Shown one piece after another: positions 60,328 through 64,000 of a stretch of 64,000 nt of DNA (position 1 is its first letter; each line of letters begins with the position of its first letter). Below the pieces are notes generated by a model that was not told the DNA's origin, did not search any database, and saw only the letters and a program-made list of their open reading frames with translations. The translations under genes and the position numbers were made by a program. Source of the stretch: an uncultured Leptotrichia sp. (GTDB taxonomy: Bacteria > Fusobacteriota > Fusobacteriia > Fusobacteriales > Leptotrichiaceae); NCBI GenBank assembly GCA_963524305.1, contig CAURGH010000006.1:1-64000 (forward strand), read 5' to 3'.

Positions 60328-60499
60328 AATTAAAAAATGTATTACCCAATATTGAGTGATACATTTTTTATTTCATAAAGAGATTAAATTTTATATACTT
60401 CATAAAATAAAAAAGTCAATTTTCAAAAAAATTATTTTGACTATTCTAAAATATTTTGATATACTAATTATTAGAGAATAAATATGGAGGTGTAAAAAG

Positions 60500-60715
60500 A
60501 TGGAAAGAATAACTGCAGATATGAATATAATGGATGCTGTTGAAAAATATCCGATAATAGCACAAGTTTTGATGAGATACGGTTTAGGATGTGTTGGTTG
60601 TATTATTTCAACTGCTGAAACTTTAGGCGAAGGAATTGCAGCTCATGGGTTAAATCCTGATATTATAATTGAAGAAGCAAATATGATTCTTGAAAAACAA
60701 GGAGCATTTGAATAG
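60500..60715 (+). CDS. DUF1858-domain small protein (hybrid-cluster-protein-associated redox disulfide protein family)
   Basis: 71 aa. CVGC motif, VEKYP, LGEGIAAHGL. Confidence 0.6.
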   Translation: MERITADMNIMDAVEKYPIIAQVLMRYGLGCVGCIISTAETLGEGIAAHGLNPDIIIEEANMILEKQGAFE

Positions 60716-60737
60716 AATAGAATTTTTAACAAAAGAT

Positions 60738-60790
60738 AGCAAGAAGTCTCCTACTTACATAAGTGGGAGGTAAATTGCTTTTTTTTGTTA
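60738..60790 (+). terminator. compound terminator: hairpin CTCCTACTT/AAGTGGGAG nested in AGCAA/TTGCT, then T8
   Basis: Inverted repeats plus a T-run. Confidence 0.6.
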
Positions 60791-60937
60791 AAAAATGAAA
60801 AAAGGGACACATCAATGTATTTTATCAATTAATAACTTAAAATTATAAAATTTCCAAAAATTACTAGATTTTTTTTCAATTTTCTATTATAATATATCTA
60901 TATTTAAAAACTTAAATTATGAAAAAGGGAGAAAAAA

Positions 60938-61330
60938 ATGCCTATTACATTTGCATTTATAACAATAATATTGATTTTTATCAGAATGTATTGTATATTT
61001 TCGCTTACATTTTTAGAATCAAAAAAAGTAAAATTTTGTGAAAGAGTTACAATTTTCATATTAATATTTGAAGTTATTGTCATTCTTTTACATCTGTTTT
61101 TTAATACTTTTAGATATTTGTTACCACCAATGTTGGTACTTTTGAAAACTGCAAAATATTTTGTCATTTTTAAGAATGTTTCGATAGCAGGATCGATTTA
61201 TGCAGCTGTTAATCTGTTTTTACTAATTACATTTAATGGTTCTAGTGTATTAAAATTTATTAATCGTTCAATTTTATTTATAGTATTTATGATTAATATT
61301 TTATTCGGTTTTTTGATATTGCTTGGATAA
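60938..61330 (+). CDS. small multi-TM membrane protein, hypothetical
   Basis: ORF track. Hydrophobic. Confidence 0.4.
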   Translation: MPITFAFITIILIFIRMYCIFSLTFLESKKVKFCERVTIFILIFEVIVILLHLFFNTFRYLLPPMLVLLKTAKYFVIFKNVSIAGSIYAAVNLFLLITFNGSSVLKFINRSILFIVFMINILFGFLILLG

Positions 61331-61456
61331 AAAACAATGAAATAAGTTATAATAAAGAAAGTGTGAAAACTTTCTTTTTTTATGCTTATGTGATAAAATA
61401 TATTAAAAATAAATTTTAAGATTTTAAAACAATAATTTTAAAGGGATGAGATTTAA

Positions 61457-62152
61457 ATGGAAATACAGAAAGAATTATTTTCACTTCAAGATAAAAAATA
61501 CATGAAATTTTTAAGTAAATTGACGCCAAATGTACCGGAAGATACAATTATTGGAGTGAGAATTCCTGAAATAAGAAAATTGGCTAAAAAATTGGTAAAG
61601 AATAACGAATATGAGGATTTTTTGAAAGAGTTACCACATAAATATTATGATGAGAATTTGTTGCATGGAGCAATTATTTCAGAGAGCAAAAATTTTGAGA
61701 ACTGCATTGAATTGCTTGATAGTTTTTTGCCATTTGTTGATAATTGGGCGGTTTGTGATACGATTTCTCCGAAGATTTTTAAAAAAAATAAAAAAGAACT
61801 GATTGAAAAAATTAAGGAATGGTCTCAATCAGATAAAACTTATACTTGTAGGTTTGGTGTAGAAATGTTGATGACACATTTTTTGGATGAAGACTTTAAA
61901 AAGGAATATTTGGAAATGGTGGCGAATATTCATTCTGAGGAGTATTATGTAAAAATGGTAATTGCTTGGTTTTTTGCAACTGCACTTACGAAACAGTGGG
62001 ATTATGCGGTGATTTATTTAGAAAATAATAGGTTAGATGTTTGGGTGCATAATAAGACGATACAGAAGGCTCGAGAAAGTTTGAGAATTTCACTGGAGAA
62101 GAAGGGGTATTTGAAGGGGTTGAAAAGAAAGAAAGAAGGAGAATTAATTTAA
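61457..62152 (+). CDS. DNA alkylation repair protein (AlkD/AlkC-like HEAT-repeat glycosylase family)
   Basis: Family-typical arrangement KYMKF....IGVRIPEIRKLAKK....HG...W..CD. Confidence 0.55.
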   Translation: MEIQKELFSLQDKKYMKFLSKLTPNVPEDTIIGVRIPEIRKLAKKLVKNNEYEDFLKELPHKYYDENLLHGAIISESKNFENCIELLDSFLPFVDNWAVCDTISPKIFKKNKKELIEKIKEWSQSDKTYTCRFGVEMLMTHFLDEDFKKEYLEMVANIHSEEYYVKMVIAWFFATALTKQWDYAVIYLENNRLDVWVHNKTIQKARESLRISLEKKGYLKGLKRKKEGELI

Positions 62153-62922
62153 TGAAAATCACAAAAATTATGTTTGTAGGATTGATTTCTTTGTTGTGCT
62201 CAATAAATTCATTTACAAATACAAATTCTGAAAATGATTTTAAAAAATATGTACTAGAAAAATTAGAAGAAATAAAAAAAATTGATATTTATAACAATGA
62301 TACGACTACTAAATATCACAATAGGAATGAAGAAAATTCAAAAAGGTCTGGCTTAAAAAAATTTATAATTGATAATTTTCCTGAAAAAAGTAGCAAATTA
62401 TTAGAAAAAAATAATGAAAGTTGGGATGCTGTTTGGAAAGACAATGTTTCTTTTCTTGATGATTTAGAAATAAAATATGGCTTTAATACGAATTTGTATG
62501 AATTTTATAGAGAAGAAGATAATAAGGAAATAAAAAAATTAATGGAGTTAGCTATAAAATTAAAAAACACAAAAAGTTTATCTTTTGATCAATTGAGAAA
62601 GTCAAAAGAAGAATATGAAACAGAGAATAAAAAAATGAATGATAAGTATACTGAATTACATGATTTAATGGGAGATGAATATGTATATTATGGTGAAACA
62701 TGCTATCCTAGACATTATTATAGCAATTTAGAAAATTTTCAAGAAAAATGGTTAAAATTTAGGGAAGATGAAGCATTATTTTATTCTGAATTGGAAAATA
62801 AAAAAGATGAGAAAATTTATTTTGGAAAACTTTTTGAAATAACAAAAAAACAGAACGAATACTTTGAGGATATTATAAATAATATAAAAAAAGCGATAGA
62901 TATAAAGAAGAAAAATATATAA
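62152..62922 (+). CDS. secreted hypothetical protein with a signal peptide
   Basis: ORF track. N-terminal hydrophobic region. Confidence 0.4.
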   Translation: MKITKIMFVGLISLLCSINSFTNTNSENDFKKYVLEKLEEIKKIDIYNNDTTTKYHNRNEENSKRSGLKKFIIDNFPEKSSKLLEKNNESWDAVWKDNVSFLDDLEIKYGFNTNLYEFYREEDNKEIKKLMELAIKLKNTKSLSFDQLRKSKEEYETENKKMNDKYTELHDLMGDEYVYYGETCYPRHYYSNLENFQEKWLKFREDEALFYSELENKKDEKIYFGKLFEITKKQNEYFEDIINNIKKAIDIKKKNI

Positions 62923-62996
62923 AAGACAAAATATTGAAATTTGGGAAATAAAACGAATACTAGTAAAAGAGATTATGCAATAGACAAGGAGAAAAA

Positions 62997-63218
62997 ATGG
63001 AAAAAGAATTAGAATATGAATCTTTAACTTTATTTGAAAATGAAAATATTGAAAAAACTGAAACTATGAAAGTTAAAAATACACTTTTTACTATTTTAAA
63101 TGGTGAAAGAGTTGATTTAGAAATTGAAGAGATTTTCGATAGTAATAGGTTTTATGAGATAAAGGCTGTTACATTCTCGGCTTTGGTACAAAAATTTTTC
63201 CATCAACAAAATATTTAA
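62997..63218 (+). CDS. small hypothetical protein
   Basis: ORF track only. Confidence 0.25.
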   Translation: MEKELEYESLTLFENENIEKTETMKVKNTLFTILNGERVDLEIEEIFDSNRFYEIKAVTFSALVQKFFHQQNI

Positions 63219-63446
63219 ATGCATTATCACAAAAATGTAAAAATGACAATAATTCTTCAGATATTATCGAAATTAAAATAAAGGAGTTTCATGATTGGAT
63301 AGGAGTACCTTTGCCAAAGGAATTGGAACATAAGAAGACGATTCTAGATTTTTTTAAGAAAAAGAAAAGTGAGAATTGATTTTCATTGTAATGTCAAATT
63401 TTTTTTGATATAATTTAAGTAATTAAAGGGAAAGTAGGGATTAATT

Positions 63447-64000
63447 ATGAAAGAAAAGAAAAAAGGACTAGCAATTGGAAATTCTGATTTTAAGGAGATA
63501 ATAACACAAAATGGATATTACATTGATAAAACAAAATTTATAGAGGATTTACTGGAAGATTTATCTAAAGTAAAATTATTCACAAGACCCAGAAGATTTG
63601 GTAAAACCCTAAATTTGTCGATGTTAAAATATTTTTTTGATGTAAAAAATGCAGAAGAAAATAGAAAATTATTTGAAGACTTGTATATTTCAAAAAGTGA
63701 GTATATGAAAAACCAAGGACAAAATCCAGTAATTTTTATAAGTATGAGAAATGCAGAAGCAGAAAATTGGGAGGATAGTTTTTTTAATATTAAGAATCTT
63801 GTAAAATCATTGTATAAACAATTTCAATATATTAAAGAAAAACTGGATGAATTTGATTTGGAAGATTTTTTAAGCATTGTTAAAGATAAGGATCATGCAG
63901 ATTGGGAAAATTCATTAAAGAATTTATCAAGATATTTATATGAATATTACGAAAAAAAAGTTATAATTTTAATAGATGAATATGACACTCCAATGACAAG
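63447..64000 (+). CDS. PF09820 AAA-ATPase-like / PD-(D/E)XK family protein, partial (it runs off the window end)
   Basis: N-terminus LAIGNSDFKEIITQNGYYIDKTKFIEDLL...FTRPRRFGKTLNLSMLKYFF is the hallmark of this family. Confidence 0.7.
   Translation, partial: MKEKKKGLAIGNSDFKEIITQNGYYIDKTKFIEDLLEDLSKVKLFTRPRRFGKTLNLSMLKYFFDVKNAEENRKLFEDLYISKSEYMKNQGQNPVIFISMRNAEAENWEDSFFNIKNLVKSLYKQFQYIKEKLDEFDLEDFLSIVKDKDHADWENSLKNLSRYLYEYYEKKVIILIDEYDTPMT

Overview
The window is AT-rich (roughly 27-30% GC) bacterial chromosome, probably from a diderm low-GC lineage. Evidence for a diderm: a TolC-like outer membrane protein, lipoproteins and an M48 peptidase. Many PF09820 AAA-ATPase-like paralog fragments suggest a Fusobacterium-like genome; that is an inference. 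It starts inside a type I-B CRISPR array with a 29-nt repeat ATTTAATAGAAACATTTTGTATTGTAAAT. Five repeats and four spacers are visible, and the array continues upstream of the window. About 820 bp of inserted sequence follows: two small ORFs, a terminator and a frameshifted phage scaffold-like gene remnant. It ends at a lone degenerate repeat copy that abuts a near-consensus sigma70 promoter. Downstream is an interference-only cas operon, cas6-cas8b-cas7-cas5-cas3. No cas4, cas1 or cas2 follows in the window. Next comes a MacAB-TolC-like efflux operon. Two accessory islands follow, 13.0-18.3 kb and 23.6-32.3 kb. They carry an IS3 transposase remnant, start-less C-terminal toxin-like modules each followed by small immunity-like genes (several translationally coupled by ATGA overlaps), paralogous immunity/DUF4291 pairs, frameshifted copies, and two repeat families. 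The first is an ~82-bp palindromic element that brackets island I. The second is an ~190-bp junction repeat present in 3 copies. This is the layout of a polymorphic-toxin/immunity cassette array. Between the islands sit a PspA / SPFH-Zn-ribbon / Zn-ribbon-TM membrane-stress operon and thrC. The rest is mostly core: SIMPL protein, efp, EEP nuclease/phosphatase, MATE transporter, PLD lipoprotein, Sel1 lipoprotein, Wzz-like protein, M48 peptidase, dus, NADH oxidase, DUF421 protein, metH, a class Ib RNR operon, yaaA and an AlkD-like repair protein. Two loci stand out. One is a short divergent FtsZ-like GTPase paired with a TraX-like membrane protein. The other is a class Ib ribonucleotide reductase operon, nrdH-nrdI-nrdE, that is split from nrdF by a 2.2-kb gene for a coiled-coil/multi-TM protein. 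A promoter-like element and a Fic-family pseudogene remnant lie in the same gap. An NrdR box sits upstream of nrdH. All calls rest on reading the sequence and the ORF track by eye. No database search was possible, and my own coordinates may be off by 1-2 bp.
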